From an uncultured Kiloniellales bacterium (GTDB taxonomy: Bacteria > Pseudomonadota > Alphaproteobacteria > Kiloniellales > JAKSDN01), in assembly GCA_947258885.1 (NCBI GenBank), contig CAMYKD010000001.1, positions 102 through 64,101 on the forward strand: a stretch of DNA of 64,000 bases, written 5' to 3'. The notes beneath the pieces are model-generated. The model worked only from the letters and a program-made list of their open reading frames with translations. It did not search any database and was not told the origin of the DNA. Positions 44,453 to 52,938 of this stretch are shown here, one piece after another (position 1 is the stretch's first letter; each line of letters starts with the position of its first letter). The position numbers and the translations under genes are program-made.

Positions 44453-44812
44453 CTAGGAACGGTCCATCTTGATGATCTCGGTCATGGTCACGCCGAGCCG
44501 GTCCTCGACCACGACAACCTCGCCGCGGGCGACCAGACGGTTGTTGACGTAGATATCGATCGCCTCGCCGACCTTGCGGTCGAGTTCGACGACGGCCCCG
44601 CGGCCCAGTTTGAGGAGCTGGCTGACCTGCATGTTCGCCTTGCCGAGAACCGCCGAGACCTGGACGGGAATGTCGTAGACGGCCTCCAGCTCCTTGGCGT
44701 TGGTTGGCGGCTGGGCTTGGCCGGCGAGGTCCAATTCGTCCAGGTCTTCGGTCGGCTCCGGCGCCACCTCGCTGCTCAAGTCGGCCAAGTCCAGATCTTG
44801 TTCTTCGCTCAT
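44453..44812 (-). CDS. fliN: flagellar C-ring protein FliN
   Basis: SpoA domain IPVQVSAVLGKANMQVSQLLKLGRGAVVELDRKVGEAIDIYVNNRLVARGEVVVVEDRLGVTMTEI. Confidence 0.93.
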   Translation of the reverse strand: MSEEQDLDLADLSSEVAPEPTEDLDELDLAGQAQPPTNAKELEAVYDIPVQVSAVLGKANMQVSQLLKLGRGAVVELDRKVGEAIDIYVNNRLVARGEVVVVEDRLGVTMTEIIKMDRS

Positions 44813-44840
44813 GACAGGGCTCCAGGTTTGTTTGTCTGCA

Positions 44841-45581
44841 TCAGGTCGGCACGGCCGACGCCAACTCGGCGTCCTTTGCATCCCCGGGCGCCACCGTTTC
44901 GGTCGCGGGAGTGGAGGTCTCCGTCGCCGGAACCTCGTTCCGCGGCGCCGAGTCGGACGGGGCCGAGTCGAGGGCGCGTTCCAACACCTGTTCGATCTCG
45001 GCCCAGAGACATTCCGTGTCCCTTTCCGCCCCGCCGTCGGCCCATTCCACACGGACATCGCTGGCCGACAGGCTTTCCTCGGCAAGCAACACCATCTTGC
45101 CCTCGAACCCCGCCTTTTCGGCCAGGGCCGCGATCTGCTCGTTGAGGGGATCGAGCAGCGCGTCGGCGACGCGGATCACGACGCGCGGTTCGTCGGGCAG
45201 TTGCGCCAGACACTGTCCGATCAACGCTTCGGTCTCGATCAGGGCGTTGCGCCTGGAAAGTTCCGGAAACATTTTGCGCAACACAAGGACCGCGATCTCG
45301 ATGGCCCGGCGAACGCGCTTGTCGTTCGCCTCGGCGAGTTGCGCGGCGGCCGTCTCGAAGTGCCCGGCGAGCGCGCTGAGCGCCTCGGCCGCGGCGTGGT
45401 CGGTCGCGCGCCTGGCCTCCTCGCTTCCGGCGGCCTGGCCGGCGGCGAAGCCTTCGCTCCTGGCCTCGGCCAAGTCTTTCTCGCTGAATCTGGGTGGCGG
45501 CATCTTTTCCTTCGCCGTTGCCGTGTCCCGGCAGTCCGCGTCGAACGTCTTCTCGAAGAGAAATTTCTGCACCTGGGCCAT
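44841..45581 (-). CDS. fliH: flagellar assembly protein FliH (FlbE-position gene of the Caulobacter fliF operon)
   Basis: Position between fliG and fliN. N-terminus KFLFEKTFD, coiled-coil, FliH-like C-terminus. Confidence 0.7.
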   Translation of the reverse strand: MAQVQKFLFEKTFDADCRDTATAKEKMPPPRFSEKDLAEARSEGFAAGQAAGSEEARRATDHAAAEALSALAGHFETAAAQLAEANDKRVRRAIEIAVLVLRKMFPELSRRNALIETEALIGQCLAQLPDEPRVVIRVADALLDPLNEQIAALAEKAGFEGKMVLLAEESLSASDVRVEWADGGAERDTECLWAEIEQVLERALDSAPSDSAPRNEVPATETSTPATETVAPGDAKDAELASAVPT

Positions 45582-45591
45582 GGCGCGCCTC

Positions 45592-46608
45592 TCAGTACAC
45601 GAGCTCGTCTTCGCCCTTGCTGTCGGCGATGATGATCTCGTTGCGCGCGGCCAGGTCCTTGGCGACCTGGACCATGTACATCTGGGCCTCGTCGACGTCC
45701 CGCAGCCGCACCGGCCCCATGGCCTGCATGTCCTCGCGCATCATCTTGGCGGCGCGCTCGGACATGTTGGAGTAGAACAGGTCGCGCACGGCTTCCGAGG
45801 CACCCTTGAGGGCGAGCGCCAACTTATCCTTCTCGGCGCCGCGCAACAGGGTCTGGATGGCGCCCGGATCGAGCTTGCCCAAATCCTCGAAGGTGAACAT
45901 CAGGGCCTTGATGCGTTCGGCGGAGTCGCGGTTGCGTTCCTCCAGGGCGGTGATGAACCGGTTCTCGGCCGAGCGGTCCAGGTGATTGAAGATATCGGCC
46001 ATCAGTTCGTGCGAGTCGCGACGGCTGGTGCGGGCGAGGTTCGACATGAACTCGGTCCGGAGCGTGCGCTCGACATCGTCCAGGACCTCCTTCTGAACCG
46101 CCTCCATGCGCAGCATCCGCATGACCACTTCCATCGCGAAGGGTTCGGGCAGCAGAGCCAGAACCCTCGCGGCGTGCTCCGGTTTGACCTTGGAAAGCAC
46201 CACGGCCACGGTCTGCGGGTATTCGTTCTTGAGGTAGCTGGACAGCACCACCTCGTTCACGTTGCCCAGCTTGTCCCACATGGTGCGGCCGGCGGGACCA
46301 CGGATCTCGTCCATGATCGATTCGACCTTTTCCCGTTCCAGCACCTTCATCAGCAGGCGTTCGGTGCTGTCGTAGTTGCCGACGACCGAACCGGTACTGG
46401 AGATCTGATCGGCGAAGTCGACAAACAGCCGCTCGATGAGCTGCGAGCTGACGTTGCCAAGGTTCGCCATGGTCTGGGAGAGCTCCTTGATCTCCTCGTC
46501 GTCCATGATCGAGAACATACGCGCGGCGTTGTCCTCGCCCACGGACATCATCAGGAGGGCCGCCTTTTCGGCGCCCGACATTGTGCGGTAGTCCTCGCGC
46601 ACGCGCAT
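45592..46608 (-). CDS. fliG: flagellar motor switch protein FliG
   Basis: [15 protein letters not shown]...[10 protein letters not shown]...MFTFEDL...canonical FliG. Confidence 0.96.
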   Translation of the reverse strand: MRVREDYRTMSGAEKAALLMMSVGEDNAARMFSIMDDEEIKELSQTMANLGNVSSQLIERLFVDFADQISSTGSVVGNYDSTERLLMKVLEREKVESIMDEIRGPAGRTMWDKLGNVNEVVLSSYLKNEYPQTVAVVLSKVKPEHAARVLALLPEPFAMEVVMRMLRMEAVQKEVLDDVERTLRTEFMSNLARTSRRDSHELMADIFNHLDRSAENRFITALEERNRDSAERIKALMFTFEDLGKLDPGAIQTLLRGAEKDKLALALKGASEAVRDLFYSNMSERAAKMMREDMQAMGPVRLRDVDEAQMYMVQVAKDLAARNEIIIADSKGEDELVY

Positions 46609-46626
46609 GGTCGTTCAGGGCCTCTC

Positions 46627-48333
46627 TCAATCTTCCTGGTAAAGCCAACTGCGTACGATGGCCACGGCCTCTTCCGGGTGCTTCTCGACGATCTCGCCGA
46701 TCTTGTGGATGGAAGAGGCGCGCACCCGGCCCTCGACCTTGTTCAAGTCGATCATCGCCTCTACCTCCGTGCCCCCCGGCTGCGCCAAGGCGTCTGCGGC
46801 GCCGGGCGTCGCGGCCAATGCCGGCACGGCGCCGCTGGGCAGCTCGGCCCCGGCCGCTGCGCCCGGCCCGGCCAGCGCCGGCCGCCCACCGCCCATATCG
46901 GGTAACAGGCCGCCGCCGTCCCTTGCGGCCGGGACGGCCTCGAGCAGGCGGCTGACCACCGGTCGCACCACCAGCAGGAGCACCAGAATTCCCACGACGC
47001 CGAGGACCAGGATCTCGGCGATGCGCATCAACTCGACCTTGCCGAGTCCCAGCAGGCTTGGGTCGGCAACGTTCTCCAGCGGTTGTTCCAGGTCGGCGAA
47101 GCGCAGGTTGACGATCTCCAGGGTGTCGCCGCGCTCCTCGTTCAGGCCGACGGCCGAGCGCACCAGGGCGGTGATCTGGTTCATCTCCTCCTCGCTGCGC
47201 GGCTGATAGACCGGCTCGCCATCCGTTCCAGAGGTCGTGCTGCCGTTGACCAGGACCGCCACCGACAGTCGCCGCACCAGGCCCGACTCGCGCACGTGGG
47301 TCTTCACCGTGCGCGTGATCTCGTAGTTGACCGTTTCCTCCACCCGGGAGGTCCGGTTGCTGCTCGACGTGCCGTCGCCCAGCTGCGGCAATCCGGCGTC
47401 GGGCAGATTGTTGCCGACGGTGACCGGCGGCGGCACTTGGCCGTCGCGTGCGTTGGAGCTCTCTTCGACGGTTTGGGTGGAGCGCACCACTTGGCCGTCC
47501 GGGTCATAGATCTCGGCGTTTTCGGTCACCCGGTCGAAATCCATGTCGGCCGAGACCTCGGCGCGCACGTTGCCCGGACCCAGCGAGCGTTCGACGAGCT
47601 CCTCTATCGTGCGGGCCAGGCGCGTTTCATAGCCGACCTGCATCTCCTCGGCGGTGCTGGCGACGCCCTGCAGGCCCTCCTCGTCGGCGCCCCGCGCCAG
47701 CAGGGTCCCCTTGTCGTCGACGATCGAGACCAGGTTGGGCTGCAGGCCCGGAACCGCGGCGGCGACCATGTGTTGGACGGCCAGGACCTGGGTGCGGTCG
47801 AGCCTGCGGCTGCCGCGCATGGTCAGGACGATCGACGCGCTGGGGTTCTGCTTGTTGCGGCTGAACAGCTCGCGCCGCGGCAGGACGAGGTGTACCCGCG
47901 CATGCTTGACCAGCTTGATCGAACGGATGGTGCGGGCCAGCTCGCCTTCCAAGGCGCGCAGGTGATTGATGTTCTGGACGAAGTTCGTGGTCCCCAGGCC
48001 TTCGGAACGGTCGAAGATCTCGTAGCCGATCGAGCCGCCGCTGGGCAGGCCGTCCTCGGCCATGGCCACGCGCAGGCGCGCCACCTGGTCTTCCGGCACG
48101 AAGATCTGGCTGCCGTCGCCGGTCAGGCGGTAGGGCACTTTCAGCTGTTCCAGCCGCGCGACGATCTGGCCGCTGTCCTGGCCGTCCAGTTCGGCGTAGA
48201 GCAAGGACATCTCCGGGCTCGCCAGCCGGCTGGTCAGGAAAACGAAGAAAGCCAGGATGCCCGCGGCGACCATCGCCATGGCCGCGAGGCGGACCGGGCC
48301 GAGGTTGCGGAGGGTTTCGATGAAGGTGTTCAC
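46627..48333 (-). CDS. fliF: flagellar MS-ring protein FliF; GTG 48333 start inferred (track ORF extends to TTG 48465)
   Basis: N-terminus FIETLRNLGPVRLAAMAMVAAGILAFFVF..., YscJ/FliF domains, C-terminal TM and FliG-binding tail. Confidence 0.93.
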   Translation of the reverse strand: MNTFIETLRNLGPVRLAAMAMVAAGILAFFVFLTSRLASPEMSLLYAELDGQDSGQIVARLEQLKVPYRLTGDGSQIFVPEDQVARLRVAMAEDGLPSGGSIGYEIFDRSEGLGTTNFVQNINHLRALEGELARTIRSIKLVKHARVHLVLPRRELFSRNKQNPSASIVLTMRGSRRLDRTQVLAVQHMVAAAVPGLQPNLVSIVDDKGTLLARGADEEGLQGVASTAEEMQVGYETRLARTIEELVERSLGPGNVRAEVSADMDFDRVTENAEIYDPDGQVVRSTQTVEESSNARDGQVPPPVTVGNNLPDAGLPQLGDGTSSSNRTSRVEETVNYEITRTVKTHVRESGLVRRLSVAVLVNGSTTSGTDGEPVYQPRSEEEMNQITALVRSAVGLNEERGDTLEIVNLRFADLEQPLENVADPSLLGLGKVELMRIAEILVLGVVGILVLLLVVRPVVSRLLEAVPAARDGGGLLPDMGGGRPALAGPGAAAGAELPSGAVPALAATPGAADALAQPGGTEVEAMIDLNKVEGRVRASSIHKIGEIVEKHPEEAVAIVRSWLYQED

Positions 48334-48441
48334 GCTCGACCGTCCTGGTATGCCGCCGTTGGGGTGGGGTTCGACAACTGTGCCCCCTGGGGGCAGGCGT
48401 CGTTTGTTCCCGTCTCGTTGCAATAATCTAAATGTGTTCGG

Positions 48442-48456
48442 TAAACTTGCGGTTAA
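48442..48456. promoter_or_regulatory. near-consensus CtrA box (minus strand TTAA-N7-TTTA) upstream of fliF
   Basis: Plus strand TAAACTTGCGGTTAA, ~110 nt upstream of the proposed fliF start. Confidence 0.4.
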
Positions 48457-48687
48457 TGTAGGCAAGAAATGCCTAGTCTAAATATCAATTCATGCACGCT
48501 GCAGATCGCCGTGCTGGGTTCGGACTCGGGCTCCGGCTCGGTCGCGCGGGCGGTTTGTGTCCGGGTCGGGACCCTCGACCCGGGATTTCGGTGTCCCGGA
48601 AATAGGTGCGGCCCCGCTAGGTTCCCTGGTCCGGGGTCCGAGCGGGGCCGCGTGTCTGCCCGATTGTTTGCGACAGGAACGGATTCT

Positions 48688-49017
48688 TCAGGAAGTGCTG
48701 CTGCCCGCTGGTTCGCCCATCAAGAGATCGCCGGTGGGGGCGGTGCGTCGGTACTGCTGCAGGCGCGTGGTCCTGAGGCCGCGCATTCCATGTCTGTCGA
48801 TCAACCGCTGCCAGGAAAGGAACTCCTCCACGGACAGGCGGTAGCGCTCGCAGGCTTCCTCCAGGCTGATGAGACCTGCGCGCACTGCGGCGACCACCTC
48901 GGCCTTGCGCCGGATTACCCAGCGCTCGGTATCTGGAGGCGGAAGGTCGTCAACGGAAAGCGGCTTACCTGCCGGTCCGATCACGTTGTTCGGCCTACCT
49001 GGGCTCTCTAGTGCCAT
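48688..49017 (-). CDS. sciP: CtrA inhibitor SciP (DUF1153 HTH protein); ATG 49017 preferred (GGAG 9 nt upstream), ATG 49032 possible
   Basis: VIGPAGKPLSVDDLPPPDTERWVIRRKAEVVAAVRAGLISLEEACERYRLSVEEFLSWQRLIDRHGMRGLRTTRLQQYR matches the SciP family signature as I remember it. Confidence 0.85.
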   Translation of the reverse strand: MALESPGRPNNVIGPAGKPLSVDDLPPPDTERWVIRRKAEVVAAVRAGLISLEEACERYRLSVEEFLSWQRLIDRHGMRGLRTTRLQQYRRTAPTGDLLMGEPAGSSTS

Positions 49018-49100
49018 CCAACCAAACTCCATACCTTCCCAGAGCAATAGTGCACGGGAAGGTTACTCGCAGCGCCTTTACAAATCGCTAAACCGCTAAG

Positions 49101-49115
49101 TTAAGCAAAGTTTAA
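49101..49115. promoter_or_regulatory. perfect CtrA box TTAA-N7-TTAA upstream of sciP
   Basis: TTAAGCAAAGTTTAA, ~85 nt upstream of ATG 49017. A weaker TAAT-N7-TTAAC lies at 49122..49137. Confidence 0.55.
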
Positions 49116-49219
49116 ATATAGTAATGTTCTCATTAACTTATTACTCGCCGGAGAATCCGGTCCGGCCCGGAACGAGCCCACGAACCGGGCCGGGATACAA
49201 GCTGAAGCCGATTATTCCT

Positions 49220-50488
49220 TTACCGGCTGATCCGGATTAACTCCTCCAACATTTCGTCTGCCGTCGTGATAATCTTGGCACTGGCCGAGTAGGCGCGCTG
49301 CGTGACGATCATGTTGGTGAACTCCGTCGCCAGGTCGACGGTCGAGCTCTCGAGGGCCGAGGATGCGACGTTGCCCGCGCCGCCCGTGTTGGCCTGCACC
49401 AGGAGCAGGTTGCCGGCCCCGCGGGTCTCCCGGTAGGCGTTGCCGTCGCGCGGCTCCAACCCGTTGAAATTGGGGAACATCGCGACCGGCAGCTGGTAGA
49501 TGTCGAACAGCTGGCCGTTGTCGAAGTGGGCCGTGACGATCCCGTCCTCGCCGATGCTCACGTGGGTGAAGGCGCCGAACTGCGTGCCGTCCTGATCGAT
49601 GAAAGTGATCGCGAACTCGCCGGCGAACTGGGTGACACCGTCGGACAGGCCCAGGGTCCCGAGGTCGAACGCGATCGAGCTGGGGTTGGCGGTGGTTGCC
49701 GTCCAGGTTATGTCGACCGGTGGAAAGGTGATCGTGGCCGGCGTGCCGTCGCCGTTGAAGGTGATGGAGCGGACCGCCGGGGCGACGGTGCCGCTCGCCG
49801 CGCCGGTCGAGCTCAAGGTCGGGTCCTGTACGGCGATGTCCCACTGCGGCGGCACGGTGGTGTCGTTGTAGACGAAGTCGACCTGCAGGTCGTGGGCGTT
49901 GCCGAGGGAGTCGAAGACCTGCACGGTGACGCTGTGGGTATCGCCGTTGGCGGCGGTCGAGGGCAGGTTCATCCCGAGCTCGGCCATGGTGGTCGGGACG
50001 GCGGTGCTGGCCAGGTTGGCGATGTTGACCGTCTCCAGGCTCGATAACACGGTCGTGTTGGCGGGCAGCGCCCCGGTGCTGTCGAGCGGCCAGCCCTGGA
50101 GATAGTAGCCGGCGGTGTTCACCAGATTGCCGTCCGCATCCGGCCGGAAGGAGCCGGCGCGCGTGAAGAGGTAATCGCTCCCCGATCCGGGCACGGCCGC
50201 CTCGTTGACCACGAAAAGGCCGGCGCCGGCCATCGCGATGTCGGTAAGCGAGGTCGTCGACTGCAACAGGCCCTGCTGGTCGACGTGCTGCAGCGGGCGG
50301 GCGCGTACGCCGCCCGGCGTGTAGGCGTTTTCCGAGGCGGATACGGTCACCAGCGTCGCGAAGCTCGCGCTGACGCCTTTGTATCCGATGGTGCTGACGT
50401 TCGAGATGTTGTCTGAGATCACGCCCAGGGCCTGGCCCTGCGCGGCCAGACCCGACACCCCGGAAAACAACGCGCCCGTGATACTCAT
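49220..50488 (-). CDS. flgE: flagellar hook protein FlgE
   Basis: N-terminus MSITGALFSGVSGLAAQGQALGVISDNISNVSTIGYK and C-terminus MIVTQRAYSASAKIITTADEMLEELIRI. Confidence 0.95.
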   Translation of the reverse strand: MSITGALFSGVSGLAAQGQALGVISDNISNVSTIGYKGVSASFATLVTVSASENAYTPGGVRARPLQHVDQQGLLQSTTSLTDIAMAGAGLFVVNEAAVPGSGSDYLFTRAGSFRPDADGNLVNTAGYYLQGWPLDSTGALPANTTVLSSLETVNIANLASTAVPTTMAELGMNLPSTAANGDTHSVTVQVFDSLGNAHDLQVDFVYNDTTVPPQWDIAVQDPTLSSTGAASGTVAPAVRSITFNGDGTPATITFPPVDITWTATTANPSSIAFDLGTLGLSDGVTQFAGEFAITFIDQDGTQFGAFTHVSIGEDGIVTAHFDNGQLFDIYQLPVAMFPNFNGLEPRDGNAYRETRGAGNLLLVQANTGGAGNVASSALESSTVDLATEFTNMIVTQRAYSASAKIITTADEMLEELIRISR

Positions 50489-50607
50489 GCTGCTTTCTCC
50501 TGTCCCTTGGCCTGGACCGGGGCGTTCTGGCCCGTGGCCCGGTCTGTCATTGTCGATGCCGGATCTTCGTGCTCCGGCTGTTTCCCCGGCGAAGCGGGGC
50601 TGCGTCC

Positions 50608-51282
50608 CTAGGCCGCCGCCTCGGCGGCGTCTTCGCGGATGGCCGTGATGCGGCCGACCGACACCTGCAGCCGGCCGATGGAAACCGTCACATCGCCGTC
50701 GATCACCTCAATCGCGGTCACCCGTCCGATGGTGCCCTGGCGCAAGGGAATCTTGCGGCCCTCGCCGTCCAACGCCTTCACGACGAAGCCGTAGAGGCCA
50801 TCCGGCAGGTCGGCGCCGGCGTCGTCCTTGCCGTCCCAGGTCACTTCGTGAGGGCCGGCCGTGCCGTCGACCGTCAAGGTGCGGACCGTCTCGCCGCTCT
50901 CGTCGATGATCTCGATCGTCGTTTCCTCGGCATCGGACGCCAGGTTGTAGGTCATCGTGGCGGCCCCTTCGTTCAGGTCGAGCACGACGCTGTCGACCTC
51001 GACGGTCTTGCCGATGTAGTCGAGGGCCGCGGTCAGTTGGTTGGCGCCCTGCAGCGCGATCAACTGGTCCAGCTTGCTGTTGGTCTTGATCGCCTGCTCG
51101 ACGTTGGTGAACTGAACGAGCTGTTCCGTGAACTGGTTCGTATCCAGCGGCGAAAGAGGGTCCTGATTCTGCAGCTGCGTCGTCAGCAGCAGCAGGAAGT
51201 TGTTGAAGGTACTGGCCAGGTCGACCCCACCGCCGACGGCGGCTCCGGACGAGTTGGCAAAACCGACATTGTTTATGTCCAT
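50608..51282 (-). CDS. flgD: flagellar hook capping/assembly protein FlgD
   Basis: FLLLLTTQLQNQDPLSPLDTNQFTEQLVQFTNVEQ plus a FlgD Ig-like domain. Confidence 0.93.
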   Translation of the reverse strand: MDINNVGFANSSGAAVGGGVDLASTFNNFLLLLTTQLQNQDPLSPLDTNQFTEQLVQFTNVEQAIKTNSKLDQLIALQGANQLTAALDYIGKTVEVDSVVLDLNEGAATMTYNLASDAEETTIEIIDESGETVRTLTVDGTAGPHEVTWDGKDDAGADLPDGLYGFVVKALDGEGRKIPLRQGTIGRVTAIEVIDGDVTVSIGRLQVSVGRITAIREDAAEAAA

Positions 51283-51300
51283 CTGGGCGTCTCCTTCGAT

Positions 51301-52785
51301 CTAGATGCTCAGGTCCAGGACGCCGTCGTGCGCGGCGCGGCGCGGGGCCGTCTCTCCGGCGTCGTCGACGGATTCCGGGTCCGCGCCGTCCGAGCCGGAC
51401 CGGCCGAGGTGGTCGCTGCCGGGCTCCGCGAACCTTTCGCCGCCCTCGGCATGGCCGCGGAGATCGAAACTGAGGCTGCCGGAATTGGTCCGGATGCCGG
51501 CCTCCTGCAGGGCCCGGTCGAGAGCCCGTGAATCGCGCTGCAACAGGTCGAGGGTCTCGCTCTTCTCGGCCGAGATCGTGGCGCGCAGCACACCGTCCTC
51601 CGCCCATTCCATTCTGACCTCGATGCGGCCGAGCTCGGCCGGATGCAGCCTGATGTTGATCCGCTCCTGTCCGGCTTCGGCGGCCTTGTAGATCCGGATG
51701 GCGACTTGTTGGGCGACGCCGTGGGACCCCGCCATCGGCCGCGCGGTCGCGAGGCCGGAGCCGGGGATGGTCGGCGCGGACTGGGTCAAAGCGGGGGCCG
51801 CAAGGAACGGGCTGCCAGGCGGCTGACCGCCAGGGACGGCGACGGGGCTCGCGCCGGAGGCGTTTACGCCGCCGGTGGCGGGAAGGCCGAAGGACTTGGC
51901 GGGCGTGCCGACGACGGCGGCCGTGGCGCGGGTCGACCCGTTCCGGGTACCTGCGGCGGCTTTCTTGACGATGCCGCCGGCGTTCCCCTTCGGAATCGTC
52001 TTGTTCTGTCCGGCCGCCGATCCGATCGTCCCGTCGGCGGTGGTCTGGGCGGCAAGCGCCGTCTGTCCGCTAAGGGCGCCCTGGGGCGGCAAGAACACGG
52101 GCGGCGGGCTCACGGCCGAGCGCAGGCCCGAGCCGGTCCCCAGCGCCGGGCCGGTCCCCTGCGTCGGGCCGGTTCCTTGCGTCGGGCCGGTTCCTTGCGT
52201 CGGGCCGGTCCCTTGCGCCGGGGCGATCCGCTGCGTCGGGCCGGCCCCCCGCCCCGGGACGGAAGCCGCCAGCTGCGCCGCGCGCTGCCCGGCCCGCGAG
52301 TCGGCCCGGGTCTGTCCGCCGGTTTCCTCCGCCGTCGAGCCCTGGCGCTCGGGGGCGGCGGCAGCGCGGGCGGTCTTTGTCTCCGCCGCGCTTCGGTCGC
52401 GGGTGCTCTCGGCGGCTTGGCCCGGGCGCGCACGGGGCGCCTCTGCGTTCGCTTCGTCCCGATAGCCCGGCCGTTCGGCCATGGCTTGGCTCCCATGTTC
52501 GTAATCCTGGGGATCCAGGCCCGGTGGCTCGTCGACCGCGGGATCGGGGGGCTCGGTGTCGGCGGGATCGTCCCGAGTTCCCGGCTCGGGGTCGATCGGG
52601 TCCGGCCGGTCCCGCGCATCCCGCAGCAGCGTATCGAACAGCCCGCCGGCTTCGCCGCCCAGGGCGATGCGAAGCTGTATCGGCGGGAGTCCTGCCGGAT
52701 CGAGCGGGGGAGTATCCATGCCTGTCGTCGCCGACCTTGTTGTTGCGCCGTTGTTCACGACACCGACGAGCAATTTGCGCGCCAT
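51301..52785 (-). CDS. fliK: flagellar hook-length control protein FliK (start may instead be ATG 52719, see findings)
   Basis: C-terminal Flg_hook domain RINIRLHPAELGRIEVRMEWAEDGVLRATISAEKSETLDLLQRDSRALDRALQEAGI. Pro/Gly/Ala-rich ruler region. Lies 18 nt upstream of flgD. Confidence 0.85.
   Translation of the reverse strand: MARKLLVGVVNNGATTRSATTGMDTPPLDPAGLPPIQLRIALGGEAGGLFDTLLRDARDRPDPIDPEPGTRDDPADTEPPDPAVDEPPGLDPQDYEHGSQAMAERPGYRDEANAEAPRARPGQAAESTRDRSAAETKTARAAAAPERQGSTAEETGGQTRADSRAGQRAAQLAASVPGRGAGPTQRIAPAQGTGPTQGTGPTQGTGPTQGTGPALGTGSGLRSAVSPPPVFLPPQGALSGQTALAAQTTADGTIGSAAGQNKTIPKGNAGGIVKKAAAGTRNGSTRATAAVVGTPAKSFGLPATGGVNASGASPVAVPGGQPPGSPFLAAPALTQSAPTIPGSGLATARPMAGSHGVAQQVAIRIYKAAEAGQERINIRLHPAELGRIEVRMEWAEDGVLRATISAEKSETLDLLQRDSRALDRALQEAGIRTNSGSLSFDLRGHAEGGERFAEPGSDHLGRSGSDGADPESVDDAGETAPRRAAHDGVLDLSI
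52143..52214. repeat. 18-nt tandem repeat x4 (plus degenerate flanking copies) inside fliK, encoding (GTGPTQ)n
   Basis: GCGYCGGGCCGGTYCCYT units at 52143, 52161, 52179 and 52197. Two units are identical. Confidence 0.85.
52769..52784 (-). promoter_or_regulatory. sigma-54 (-24/-12) promoter candidate for fliK-flgD-flgE
   Basis: Minus strand TGGCGCG-CAAA-TTGCT versus consensus TGGCACG-N4-TTGCW (one mismatch, correct spacing). It overlaps the first ATG of the fliK ORF. Confidence 0.55.
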
Positions 52786-52800
52786 GCCGATTGCTCACTC

Positions 52801-52813
52801 TAACTATCTGATA
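52801..52813 (-). promoter_or_regulatory. IHF-like site in the AT-rich tract between the upstream dyads and the -24/-12 element
   Basis: Minus strand TATCAGATAGTTA versus WATCAANNNNTTR (one mismatch), preceded by AAAAATAATTATTAT. Confidence 0.3.
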
Positions 52814-52857
52814 ATAATAATTATTTTTCGGAAAGAGGCGATCCGGGGGTGGGGCCT

Positions 52858-52923
52858 GGGCAAATTCGCCGCGCCCGATCGGGTAGAACATTCCGCTTGG
52901 GGCAAATTGTGCCGATTGCCGCG
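52858..52923. promoter_or_regulatory. two GGGCAAATT-containing elements (second contains the dyad GGCA-N5-TGCC); candidate FlbD enhancer sites
   Basis: GGGCAAATTCGCCGCG at 52858 and GGGGCAAATTGTGCCGATTGCCGCG at 52899, about four helical turns apart and 75-150 bp upstream of the -24/-12 element. Confidence 0.3.
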
Positions 52924-52938
52924 GAACGACCCTCGGTG

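Noticed and set aside
50489-50607. Separate sigma-54 or CtrA promoter between flgD and flgE
   Set aside because: I found no GG-N10-GC element or TTAA-N7-TTAA in the 119-nt spacer, only a weak 5-bp hairpin and a good RBS. flgE is probably co-transcribed with fliK-flgD.
52898-52913. Plus-strand TGGGGCAAATTGTGCC with GG/GC at sigma-54 spacing
   Set aside because: It points into the 3' end of the minus-strand HprK-like gene, so it would only make antisense RNA, and the match is weak. It is more plausibly part of the enhancer-like dyad reported for the fliK promoter.
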